Positions 45,047 through 55,328 of a stretch of 64,000 bases of DNA are shown one piece after another (positions within the stretch are counted from its first letter, which is position 1; the number at the start of each line of letters is the position of its first letter). This DNA comes from Candidatus Marinacidobacterales bacterium (GTDB lineage: Bacteria; Acidobacteriota; Vicinamibacteria; Marinacidobacterales; SMYC01): positions 2,016,001-2,080,000 of the forward strand of contig CBDCYI010000005.1 in NCBI GenBank assembly GCA_965224085.1, in the 5' to 3' direction. Both the position numbers and the translations under genes were made by a program. The notes beneath the pieces are model-generated. The model was given only the letters and a program-made list of their open reading frames with translations, was not told the origin of the DNA and did no database searches.

Positions 45047-46756
45047 GTGAAGCGGACCGCCATACGATCCATCGCCTCTGTGCTGGCGCTGGTGATGGGA
45101 CCGCCGTACCCTTTGCTGTCATTCCAAGAAGGCCAAGAAGGCCAAGAAGGCCAAGAAGGAATGCTCTTTCGGGAAGTGACGGACGAGGTGAAGCTCGGCT
45201 TCCGGCATGAGCCCGGTGATGAGGCACGCTTCCTCCTGCCCGAGATCATGGGCTCGGGCGGCGCCTTTCTCGACTATGACGACGACGGGGATCTGGACAT
45301 CTACCTCATTCAAGGGGGTAAGCTAGACGGGCGAGGTATCGAGCCGCCGCGGAATCGTCTCTTTCGGCAGAACGCCGATGGCGGATTCACCGACGTCACC
45401 GCGCAGTCCGGGCTAGGAGACACTGGGTATGGAATAGGCATAGCCGTGGGCGACATCGACAATGACGGCCGCGTCGACGTCTTTGTCTCTAATTACGGAC
45501 GCGATGCGCTTTATCGCAATGACGGTGGAGGCAAGTTCACGAACATCGCGGCTGGCGCGGGTATCGCAGGGAAAGAGTTTTCGGCCTCGGCCGTCTTCTG
45601 TGACTACGATGGAGACGGATTCCTTGACCTCTATGTGACGCATTATGTCGACTATGACCCGGACAAAGGTTGCGTCAGAGAAGACGGAAGCCCCGACTAC
45701 TGTAGCCCGCAGAGTTTCCCCGGAACTAGCGATGCCCTGTATCACAACGAGGGTGACGGTACGTTCACCGACGTGTCCGGTAGGGCGGGCATTCAGCAGA
45801 TCGCTGCTCCCGGACTTGGCGTGGTGTGCACGGATCTCAACGGTGACCAGCTCCCCGATTTCTACGTGGCCAACGACGGCGAGGCCAATCAGCTTTGGGA
45901 GAATCAAGGCAAAGGCAAGTTCGTCGATCAAGCGTTCTTGCAGGGCCTCGCCTTGAATGTGTTCGGCCAGCCGGAAGCCGGTATGGGGATCACCATAGGC
46001 GATGTGGACGGCGATGGCGACTTCGATCTATTTCTTACGCACCTGACCAACCAGACCAACACACTCTACCTGAACACCGGCGCGCTGGGATTCGAGGATC
46101 GATCGGCGGCGGCGGGTCTAGCGTCCTCGAGTCTTCCTCGGACGGGGTTTGGAACCGGGTTTTTCGACTACGACCACGACGGCGATCTCGACATTGCGGT
46201 GGTGAATGGTCGGGTGCAGCGCCACCTGACGGTTTCCGGGGCTCGACTGGAACCCTACTGGAATCCTTACGCCGAGCCAAATCTTCTCCTCAGAAACGAC
46301 GGAGCGGGTCGTTTCAGCAACGTCAGCTCCCTGGCGGGGTCGTTTGGCTCCGAGATAGAGGTAAGCCGCGGCCTAGCACTTGGTGATGTGGACAACGATG
46401 GAGACCTCGATATCTTACTCACCAATACAGCGGGGCCCGCCCGACTCTTTCGCAACCAAGCACGGAAGCAAGGCAGTTGGCTGGCGGTACGGGCCATCGA
46501 TCTGAAGCTCAAGCGAGATGCCTACGGTGCGGTCATCATCGTGGTTGCGGACGGCAAGGAGTATGTGCGAGTGGTCCAGCCAGGCTTCAGCTATCTGTCG
46601 AGCAATGACCCGCGGGTCCATTTTGGCTTTCCCGGAGTGGAAAAAGCCGAGAGCATCCGCGTTCTCTGGCCGGACGGAAGCGAAGAGGTCTTTCCCGGCG
46701 TTGATTTGGGTCAAAGCGTCGTCTTGGAAAAGGGTCGGGGAGGCCGAAAACGTTAA
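45047..46756 (+). CDS. CRTAC1/ASPIC-UnbV family FG-GAP repeat protein 2 (start uncertain)
   Basis: PEIMGSGGAFLDYDDDGDLD, further FG-GAP repeats, SYLSSNDPRVHFG, VLWPDG. Confidence 0.85.
   Translation: MKRTAIRSIASVLALVMGPPYPLLSFQEGQEGQEGQEGMLFREVTDEVKLGFRHEPGDEARFLLPEIMGSGGAFLDYDDDGDLDIYLIQGGKLDGRGIEPPRNRLFRQNADGGFTDVTAQSGLGDTGYGIGIAVGDIDNDGRVDVFVSNYGRDALYRNDGGGKFTNIAAGAGIAGKEFSASAVFCDYDGDGFLDLYVTHYVDYDPDKGCVREDGSPDYCSPQSFPGTSDALYHNEGDGTFTDVSGRAGIQQIAAPGLGVVCTDLNGDQLPDFYVANDGEANQLWENQGKGKFVDQAFLQGLALNVFGQPEAGMGITIGDVDGDGDFDLFLTHLTNQTNTLYLNTGALGFEDRSAAAGLASSSLPRTGFGTGFFDYDHDGDLDIAVVNGRVQRHLTVSGARLEPYWNPYAEPNLLLRNDGAGRFSNVSSLAGSFGSEIEVSRGLALGDVDNDGDLDILLTNTAGPARLFRNQARKQGSWLAVRAIDLKLKRDAYGAVIIVVADGKEYVRVVQPGFSYLSSNDPRVHFGFPGVEKAESIRVLWPDGSEEVFPGVDLGQSVVLEKGRGGRKR
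45124..45159 (+). repeat. Coding tandem repeat (ccaagaagg)x4 = (QEG)4
   Basis: Four perfect 9-bp units. Confidence 0.9.
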
Positions 46757-47046
46757 GCAAGAAGAGAAAAATTCTCAGATTTCGCGAAGTGAAGGATAAA
46801 TCCAAGGCTTCGTATTTTTGCAATCCAAGAAAATGGAATTCGCATCAGCCCATGGAACCGAGATTACATCTTCTTTTGTTTCACATGGTTAAACCCGACA
46901 TCTGGATGTGGCTTGGTGTAGATCCGTCAACTAACTGGTTAGTGAAATTCAAATATATGGATAGATCCAATCTCTCGGTCTTCTTCTTTCGTCACTAACC
47001 GTTTGCCTTAGAACTACTTACAGCTAAGGACTGCCTGCCCGTATTG

Positions 47047-47062
47047 TGGTACACATTTCGCA
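47047..47062 (+). promoter_or_regulatory. Possible sigma54-type promoter upstream of TBDR3
   Basis: TGGTACA-CATT-TCGCA (GG-N10-GC) in an AT-rich region. Confidence 0.4.
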
Positions 47063-47245
47063 CGGAATAAGAACTGTTATCACCTGAGCGCGGCTGAGGA
47101 ACAGCGGAGACCTCACGATAGACTGTCCACGCGTCATCGACCGGCTGAGACAGCTTTATTTCGAATGGTTGAGCACCTGGTTTCAATTTCCGAGCACTCC
47201 GATCGTTAACTGGGTCCGATTCAAATCCTGAAAGGAGGGAGGAAA

Positions 47246-49859
47246 ATGCTGCATAAGTTATTCGACCTCTTACGCAACTTAGCGCCCCCAGCTATGTTGA
47301 CCCTGGCTGTATTGCTAGTCGGAGCGGGCACCGCCTTCTCGCAAGAGGTGACGGGAACCCTCTATGGGAAGGTCGCTGACGAGTCCGGCCTGGCCGTCCC
47401 TGGAGTGACGGTCACAATAAGCAGTCCACAGTTTATCAAGGAGGCGGAGGTTCGTCTCACTACCGGCACTGGAACCTATCGCGTGCCGAACCTCCCTACT
47501 GGCTTCTACACCGTGAAGGTTGAGCTTCCAGGCTTCCAGACCATCACTCGCGAGGGTATCGAGCTGCAGGCGGGTTCATCAATAAAAATCGATTTTAACC
47601 TCAAGTTGAGCCCTCTCGAGGAGAGCATCACCGTCACCGGAGAATCGCCGCTCGTTGACGTCAGAGGCGCGGAGACGATGCGGACAGTGGAAACCGCAAT
47701 CATCGAGAATATTCCTACCAATCGCAGGATTGAGGAGGTCCTTACTAGCGCTCCGGGCATCATCGATAGCCAGTATGGTTTCTCGCCCGCCCAGACAGTT
47801 CACGGTAGCTCGGTTCGGGACAACCTCTATAACCTCGATGGGGCCGGCACCAACGATACCACGGTCGGATACAATGCCATGCCTATCCCATATGACATCG
47901 TGGAGGAGGTTCAGATCACCACCGGGGGCATTTCTGCCGAGTTTGGCCAGGCCAGTGGCGCGGTTTTCAATATCATCACCAAGTCGGGAGGGAACGATCT
48001 GCGCGGCGAGGCCAACGTCTTCTTGGTGAACGATAGCTTGCAAGCGGACAACCTCACCGACGAACTTCGTGCCCAGGGGCTCGAAAAAGGAACGACCGAA
48101 AAAAAGAACTTGGAGTACGGATTCGTTTTGGGCGGGCCACTGAAGCGAGATAGGGTCTGGTTCTTTGGTAACGTCCGCTGGTTCGATGTAGAACGGACCC
48201 AGGCTGGAAGCGCTGTTCAGCCAGGCTCTAGTCAATTTCAGAGAGGAATTCGGCCTCAACGCAGTAGGCACTCGTGACCTCGACACCGGGCTCGACTCTG
48301 GAGGTTGGACCGGCACACGGGGCCCCACCTTCCAGCGGGACAAGAGGACGATCAAGGCCAACATCTCGCACTACGTCGATCAGTGGGCTGGCACACACAG
48401 CATCAAGGCAGGGTATATTAACGAATTCTCTCCCTTTGCGCGGGTCCGAGACATTTTCGGGGACACGCACCTCCGGACTCGAAGCGGGGTGCCGCACCGA
48501 GTTCGACTCTACAATACACCGAGGGAGCCCAGAACCAATGTGTCGTTTAACGCCCTGTTCCTCCAGGACGAGTGGACCGTAGGAGACCGCGTCACACTAA
48601 GCCTGGGCGTGCGCTCCGAGTGGACCGAAGGCTGGCAGCCCGACCAGCAAAGTGGAGGGGGCATGTGGTTCCCCGTCGAGAACTTCCCAGAGGAACGCGA
48701 CCAGATCAGCTGGTTCAACACGGCGCCACGGCTCGGAGCGGTATGGGATGTCAGAGGCGATCAAAGGACTTCTGTCAAGGCGAGTTATGGCCGCTATTAC
48801 ATGTCCCTTCTCAACCAGCACGTTCTCACTGGCAACCGCGGCCAGGCCGGCTACCAGGAGTTCGACTGGATGGACCTCAACGGTGACCTCAAGTTCCAGG
48901 ACGGCGAGCAGGGCACCCTGCGCAACGATAATCGGTCAAGTCAGAATACCTTCGACCCCGACTTGATACAGCCGTACGTAGATACGATTCACGTGGGCGT
49001 GGACCAGCAGCTGGGAAATGACTTCGTCGTGTCCGTGGCCGGGATCTTCAAGAGAGAGCGGGACATTATCGAAACGATCGATCTATCCAAGCCTTTCGAC
49101 AAATATAACCCGTTCACTGTAACCAACCCAATTGACGGCCAACCCTTGACCATCTTTGCATTGGACGAGAGCCTTCAAGGTGTGCAGCGAATCCGATATC
49201 TCACCAACCCCACCGATCCGGTGGTTCTCAAGCGGGACTACAAAGGAATCGAGATCGTAGCTCGCAAGCGGATGAGCGACGGCTGGCAGTTTACTGGCTC
49301 GCTCAATCTCGGCCGGTCCGAGGGCAACATCGGCAACAGTTTCGGCGCCAGCTGGGGAGGGCACCGAGTCTACGACGACCCGAACGCCTTTCTTAATATT
49401 GACGGTCCGCTCGACTTGGACTCTCCCGTCCAGATCAAGCTCTTCGGGAGCTACCAGGCTCCTTACGAAATCATGGCGAGCGTGTTCTACCAGGGGCTTT
49501 CCGGCTTTCCGATCAAGCCCAACTCGGGTTTCCCGTCGGACATACTGGGTGCGTACACGGTTCGCTTCAGCCGCAACGATCACCCAGAGATTGTCGCGGA
49601 GAGCTTCATCGACGTCGCCGGTCAGCCGAGAGGAACGAACCGCCAAGACTTCCGGCACCTGCTCTCGTTCCGCGCGGAAAAACAGATTGAAATGGGTGAT
49701 AGGGCGAGACTGAGTCTGGTGGCCGACGTCTTCAACATTTTAAACACCAGCACCGTCCTCGCGGTGGATTCGCTGCGGTTCGGCAGTCCCAATTTCCTCG
49801 GGCCGGCCATCATTGAGCTTCCTCGTACCTTGCGGGTGGGACTGCGGTTTGCCTTCTAA
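47246..49859 (+). pseudogene. TonB-dependent receptor 3, internal deletion with frameshift near 48203
   Basis: Homology to TBDR2 stops at ..VERTQ (48202) and resumes in another frame at 48204 (LEALFSQ..GPTFQRD..HRVRLYNTP); about 79 codons present in TBDR2 are missing. Confidence 0.85.
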
Positions 49860-49915
49860 TCTAGCTGGAGGACCGGAGGAGATAGAAAGAGTTCGGGTCT
49901 GGTCTGAACGGAAAC

Positions 49916-49969
49916 ATGGCCACCTCGCCATTGTGTCGCCGTGCGCGATGATGAGGCGGGGTGGCCATT
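49916..49969 (+). terminator. Long imperfect hairpin after TBDR3
   Basis: atggccacctcgcc...ggcggggtggccat. Confidence 0.45.
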
Positions 49970-49974
49970 GCACT

Positions 49975-50194
49975 CTAGTCCTCTGGAACAGAGGTTCGTG
50001 GCCTAAAGCTCGAGGTCATTTTGTGGGCTGGCAAGGCGTGACGACGAAGTCATATTGGGATATTTCGAGGAGAAACAACGCAGCCACCAGAGCATCATTC
50101 AAGCCGCGGTGATTCACGCGCTGACCAATGACACGATCGTAGCGGGCAAAAGGGCCCGAGATTTAGGTTACGAATCTCTGTTCCAGGGGACTAG
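49975..50194. mobile_element. MITE copy (220 bp) with about 55 bp internal insertion
   Basis: Near-identical to 38178-38342, with extra sequence after caacgcagcc. Confidence 0.8.
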
Positions 50195-50328
50195 CTCGTT
50201 GCTCGAGAGGATGATTGCCAACCGGGTTCTTGTTGGCATCGAGATTGCGATACACCAGGTCTACGATCATCCAGAGTCTGCGTGACTCGAGGAGGACCGG
50301 GCCTCGCAAGACAAGAAAGGAGGCAGTC

Positions 50329-52068
50329 GTGCGTTACTTGAGATTTTTGACTTTGGCACTCATGGCGTTCGCCGTCGCCGGCAGCATCGCTCCGGAGACC
50401 AGGGCGCAAAAGAGTGCCCTCGCCAACCTACCTACGGATCCGAGGGATCCGCTGCTCAACCAGGGACCAAAGAAGGTGGCGGTGGGAGAGAGCGTGATGG
50501 TGAGCACGCAGCTACCCATTGTGACGGAAGCTGCGCTCCAGGTGCTGCGCGAGGGAGGCAACGCCATCGACGCCTTCATCACGGCGGTGTTCCTGCAGAA
50601 TGTGGTCGACTACCACCAGGGCTCTCTCTTCGGCGCGATGGGAGGGCTTTACTATGAGGCAGCCACGGGGAAGTATCACGTCTTTGAGTCCTATTCCGAG
50701 CGGCCGCTCGCCGGACGCTGCGGCGAAGGCGACCCATCACAGGTGGCGATCGGAGGCAAAGTTCTCGGCCTCGAGGCGCTGGCCAAGCGCTTCGGCACCC
50801 GGGAGTGGCCGAGCTATGTCGAACCGGCGATTGCCGCGGCAGAGGAAGGCGTCCTGGTCACCTCGTTCATGTTCGCCAGCAATTACAACTCCTGGGAAAA
50901 CCGCGACTTGATCCAGAAAAACAAAGAGGCCAGCGAGTTCTACATGCCGGACGGGCATCTGGTCCCGGTGGGTCATCGCTGGAAGATGCCAAAGTTAGCG
51001 GAGACTCTGCGGAAGATTGCCTCCGAGGGAGCGGACTACCTTTACACCGGCGCCTGGGGACAGAAGTTCGTGCGTGAGACCAGGAAGAAGGGTTACTGCG
51101 TGAGCATGGAGGACATGGCGGGTTTCGAGGTGCGGTGGGGAGAGCCGGTGCGCACGACGTACCGGGGGTATGAGATTTTCAGCGAGCCGCCTCCGAAGAA
51201 GGGCGGTATCCAGATCGGCTACAACTTGAACATCCTGGAAAACTTCGATCTCAAGAGCCTGGGGCATTATAGCGAGTCAGCGGATACGCTGGAGATCATG
51301 ACACGCGCCTTCGGCCGGGTCGAGGACGATCTTCGCTACGCGATCGCCGACCCCCTGAGCTTTCAGATCCCGTCCCAGATCTGGCTTTCGAAGGACTACG
51401 CCAAGATCGGAGCCGACTTTGTGCGCAGCACCATGGTGCTGCCGAACGTGGACCTGACGCCGCCCGAGAAGTCGACAACGGCAAGCAACGAGGCCGGAGG
51501 CACTCGTCTCGCCCGCGTGCTGGAGGGGCTGCCGACAGTCGACGAGAGTAACCACAATGTGATCGTGGACGCGGAAGGAAACTGGATCTCCTCGTTGCAT
51601 ACCGGGCACGGAGGAGCTCCGGGAACTTTCATCGATGGTATTCGAGCCAGGGGTAGCGGATTCCCCGGGCAGACAGTGGGGCCGGGGCGTCGCGTCAGTC
51701 CCAACAGCACCGGTACGATCGTGGCCAAAGACGGCAAACCTTGGCTGTCGCTGGGCTCTCCGGGTGTGCCGCCCCAGCCGGTGACGGAGGTGCTGGTCAA
51801 TATCATCGATTTCGGCATGCATCCCACAGAAGCGGCCGATGAAACCCGCTTCTTCGCGTTCCGCACCGCCGAGCGTGTCCTCGCGATCGAATCGAGGATT
51901 TCCGAGGAGGTACGCAAAGGGATGGCGGCGCGCGGCATCCAGCTCGAACACCTGGGTCCCTACAACTGGCATACCGGGTCGATGCAAATCATCTGGCGTG
52001 ACCCAACCACCGGGAAGCTACACGGGGTTACCGATCCGCGACGGCTCGGCCACGCAGCAGGGTTCTAA
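50329..52068 (+). CDS. GGT-fold Ntn hydrolase 4 (divergent, secreted)
   Basis: RBS AAGGAGG plus GTG; ESNHNVIVDAEGN, GSPGVPPQP, TDPRR; most similar to GGT3. Confidence 0.85.
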   Translation: MRYLRFLTLALMAFAVAGSIAPETRAQKSALANLPTDPRDPLLNQGPKKVAVGESVMVSTQLPIVTEAALQVLREGGNAIDAFITAVFLQNVVDYHQGSLFGAMGGLYYEAATGKYHVFESYSERPLAGRCGEGDPSQVAIGGKVLGLEALAKRFGTREWPSYVEPAIAAAEEGVLVTSFMFASNYNSWENRDLIQKNKEASEFYMPDGHLVPVGHRWKMPKLAETLRKIASEGADYLYTGAWGQKFVRETRKKGYCVSMEDMAGFEVRWGEPVRTTYRGYEIFSEPPPKKGGIQIGYNLNILENFDLKSLGHYSESADTLEIMTRAFGRVEDDLRYAIADPLSFQIPSQIWLSKDYAKIGADFVRSTMVLPNVDLTPPEKSTTASNEAGGTRLARVLEGLPTVDESNHNVIVDAEGNWISSLHTGHGGAPGTFIDGIRARGSGFPGQTVGPGRRVSPNSTGTIVAKDGKPWLSLGSPGVPPQPVTEVLVNIIDFGMHPTEAADETRFFAFRTAERVLAIESRISEEVRKGMAARGIQLEHLGPYNWHTGSMQIIWRDPTTGKLHGVTDPRRLGHAAGF

Positions 52069-52076
52069 GTAAGCTG

Positions 52077-52120
52077 GAAGCCGGGGTAGGGGTCCGCCAG
52101 GTATCCCTTCTCCGGGCTTC
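52077..52120 (+). other. Intergenic stem-loop
   Basis: gaagccggggtagggg...cccttctccgggcttc. Confidence 0.35.
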
Positions 52121-52151
52121 TCTGTAAACTCGGAAGAAGAGGAGTAGCGAG

Positions 52152-53762
52152 ATGGCCAGGAAGTGGATGACGGTAGTTTTTTTCCAGATCGGACTGCTGC
52201 TGGGAACCCATGCGGCGCCATCGGGCTCCCTCGCCTCCCAATTCCCGGCGGTGGAGATTCAAGAGCTCGTGCTCGACAACGGATTTCGGGTGTTAGTCGT
52301 GGAGGATCACCGGGTTCCCCGCGTGGCCGCGAGTCTCTGGTATCGCGTGGGGTCGATCGCGGAGGCCCAAGGCGAGCACGGCGCTGCGCACTTCCTCGAG
52401 CACATGGTGTTCCAGGGGACGACTTCGGTGGGGACCAAGGACTTTGCAGCGGAAGTGCCGATCCTGCGCGAGATTTACGAGACCGAGCAGAGGCTACTGA
52501 AAATCTGGAATGGGGAGAGGAATCGCCTGCGAGAGCGTGACGTCTTCTACGACGAGCTCGAGTGGCCGACCACGAGCAGAATGGACGAGGTGCGCCAGCG
52601 GCTTTACGAGCTTGAGGACGAGGATTCCGAGTACCGTGATTTCTGGGCAGAGTACAACTGGTATCTGCGCCACGGCGCCCTCATGCGGCATACCGATCCC
52701 GTCCCGGCGACCACCTTCAAGGAGCACATAGAGATTGATATTGACCTTCCCAAGGAAAACCTCGAGCTGTTCTTTCGGCTCGAGGCGGACCGGATGGTCA
52801 ACGCGGTCTTTCGAGGCTGGGAGGCTCAGCGGTTTACGGTGCTAGAGCAAAGGCTGAACCGACAGGGCCGTGCAGCGACTCGGTTCGATTACGAGGCGCT
52901 GGACGGAGTCACGTTCCTGGCTCACCCCGTGGCCCACCCCGCCGGTGGGAATTTACGGGATTTCGCGTACTTCAATCGCGCCGACATGTCCCGCATGTAC
53001 GACGCTTACTTCGTGCCCAACAACGCGAGAGTCGTTCTCGTGGGAGACGTCACGCTTACTGAGGTACGACCCCTGGCGGAGCGTTTCTTCGGTCGCCTGA
53101 AGAAAGGTGCCGAGCCCCCCGCCCGTATGGACTACGAGGCGGAGCCGGTTCCTGGAGGCGCCATTCGACTCGACTGGATGGAGCCTCTGGACCCTCGAGT
53201 CTTCGTACGTTACCGAATGCCGGGTGTGGGTCATCCGGACCGCCCGGTATTCGACACGATCGCCGCGCTCCTGACAGGGCCGCATGGCATGATCGGCGCC
53301 GATTTCACCGCTGGGGGCGGCGGTCGCACCTCGACCCAACCCGTTGACTTCGGGGTTTCTGCGCCGCGCGTTGGGGTGCCGTACGTGCTCAGCATCGTCG
53401 GCTCGGCGCGAAGCGATGACGATCTCCCCGACACCGACAGAGCAATCCTTTGAGCGGTCGAGAACTTGCGACAAGGACGAATCGATGCGAGCGCACTCGA
53501 ACGAGCGCGCAAATACATGCGTCTGGAATGGGACCAACTGCGTGCTGATCGTGGTGGCCTGGCGAGTGCGCTGGGAAGTTTCGACGTGATGGATAGCTGG
53601 AAGATTCTCCAATCGCACATGGAGGTGCGCGAAACTTCCTCGGCGGAGGACGTCCAGCGGATCGCACAGCGATATCTCGTTCCCTTCAACCGGGTGATCG
53701 CCACATCGCGTCAGAAACCGCTCGCCCCGGAAAGCCGTTCTCCTCACGGCCCGGTTCTCTAA
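52152..53762 (+). pseudogene. M16-fold HxxEH subunit (alpha 4) with in-frame TGA at 53451-53453
   Basis: GAAHFLEHMVFQGT; ORFs 52152..53453 and 53466..53762 are in the same frame and read AIL*AVENLRQG versus paralog AILEVVQELRQG. Confidence 0.8.
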
Positions 53763-53777
53763 CTGAGGCTCCGCGAC

Positions 53778-55277
53778 ATGAAAAACCGAGTCAAACAACA
53801 AAGGTGGCGCCGATGGCTGGCGCCGTTCAACGCGGTACTTGCGGTCGTCACCGCTTGGGGTTCGGTGGCTTGTAATCAGGCCACCGAAGGCAGAGAGGAA
53901 ACATTGCCAGGCCGCACTCGTGCGTTGCTCGCTCATGACTGGCCGCATCCCCGCGATTACCAGTTCGCGCCGAGCCAGTTCGAGCCACCGAATCCTGCCG
54001 AGGCCTTGGTGACGACCGACAGTGGGGTTCGCGCCTACGTTATCGCTGAGAGCTCGGAACCCGTTGTGCGAATCACCGCGGCTCTTCCGCTGGGACGGCT
54101 GCATGAGCGGGCGAACGAGGCTGGAGCTTCGGAGCTCATAACTCGAACCCTGACCCGAATCGGCCCAGAAGATCCGGAGCGTCCGTTGTCTCTGAGGCTC
54201 GATCGCCTGGCCACTCGGTTCGACGTCGAGGAGGCGCTGGACTTGACCCGTATCTCGCTCGAGGTGCTGGCCGAGGACTGGCGCGAGGCGCTCTCTCTGA
54301 TGATCGATGTCCTTCGGCGCACCGAGTTCAACGATAGCTCCATTCGCAGCTACCGTACCGGCCCTGGGTACGGTTTCTCCCGTCGTGCCGCGGACCCAGG
54401 GTTCCGGCCGAAGGTCGAGCTCGAGCGGATCCTTGGAGGATATCCTCTCGCACCGCCAGAGCCTGGACTCTCGGTCACGACCAACGGGGTTCAGGCGCTT
54501 GTCTCGCGGAGCTTGCGAGCGAACCTTGTGGTTCTCGGTGTCGGGGGAAACGTGCCGCGCTCCGAGGCTCTGGCCGCCCTCGATGATCTGACGAGGGGCT
54601 GGGAACGCGCCACAGGATCACCGGAAGCAGCGTCGCTCCCTCGCTTGGGCAACGAGCCAGAATCGGTACACACCGTTGACGCGCCGAGCCTCGAAGGATG
54701 GATAGCGATCGGTCGGGCGATTGATGGGATTCCGGAAACGGAGCGCGCCGCGGTCTCGGTGCTCGCCCACATTCTCGGCGTCCGCTTGAACATCGCGGCT
54801 CGCGAGATCCGAGGCCTCGCGAACAAAACGATCTTTTTGTTGCCGGAGACCGGAAGCGGAGCCGGGCTTCTGCACGTCCGCACGGGCGGCCGTTTGGAAG
54901 CGGTAGCTCCCCTCGTGAAGTACACCCTCGACGAGATCGACCGAATCCAAGAGCCGGATGACTCCATCACGAATGAAGAGCTGGAACGCGCAAAAGGCGC
55001 GCTCGTCCTGGGCAAGTGGCAGGGGGCACTGGACGGTGCTCGTACGGCGAGTGAGACTTATGCGGTCGAGACGGTACGCTACGGCACAACGGACCGCGTG
55101 CTCGAGTGGCCGGAGGCGGTAGAGGCCGTGACGGTGGAGGAGATCCGGGCGTTGTCCACCAAGTATTTAGCACGCGACCAGATGGTGACGGTCATCGTAG
55201 GGCCAATCGAAAAAATCCGGGCCGCACGCCATCCCCGCTGGCCCGTTGATCTTGAAACTCTGGTGAGCTCCAACTAA
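53778..55277 (+). CDS. M16-fold partner (beta 2), probable lipoprotein
   Basis: GSVAC; HDWPHPRDY; AREIRGLANKT; RHPRWPVDL. Confidence 0.8.
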   Translation: MKNRVKQQRWRRWLAPFNAVLAVVTAWGSVACNQATEGREETLPGRTRALLAHDWPHPRDYQFAPSQFEPPNPAEALVTTDSGVRAYVIAESSEPVVRITAALPLGRLHERANEAGASELITRTLTRIGPEDPERPLSLRLDRLATRFDVEEALDLTRISLEVLAEDWREALSLMIDVLRRTEFNDSSIRSYRTGPGYGFSRRAADPGFRPKVELERILGGYPLAPPEPGLSVTTNGVQALVSRSLRANLVVLGVGGNVPRSEALAALDDLTRGWERATGSPEAASLPRLGNEPESVHTVDAPSLEGWIAIGRAIDGIPETERAAVSVLAHILGVRLNIAAREIRGLANKTIFLLPETGSGAGLLHVRTGGRLEAVAPLVKYTLDEIDRIQEPDDSITNEELERAKGALVLGKWQGALDGARTASETYAVETVRYGTTDRVLEWPEAVEAVTVEEIRALSTKYLARDQMVTVIVGPIEKIRAARHPRWPVDLETLVSSN

Positions 55278-55328
55278 CCCTCGGTCGCGAAAAGATGGGC
55301 GAGGTCTCAACGAGAGGCCGGACTTTTC

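Noticed and set aside
46789-47186. Short ORFs in the AT-rich region before TBDR3
   Set aside because: Atypical composition with no motif or clear RBS; more likely regulatory DNA.
53451-53500. Selenocysteine recoding of the TGA
   Set aside because: The homologous position is not Cys and no convincing SECIS-like hairpin was seen.
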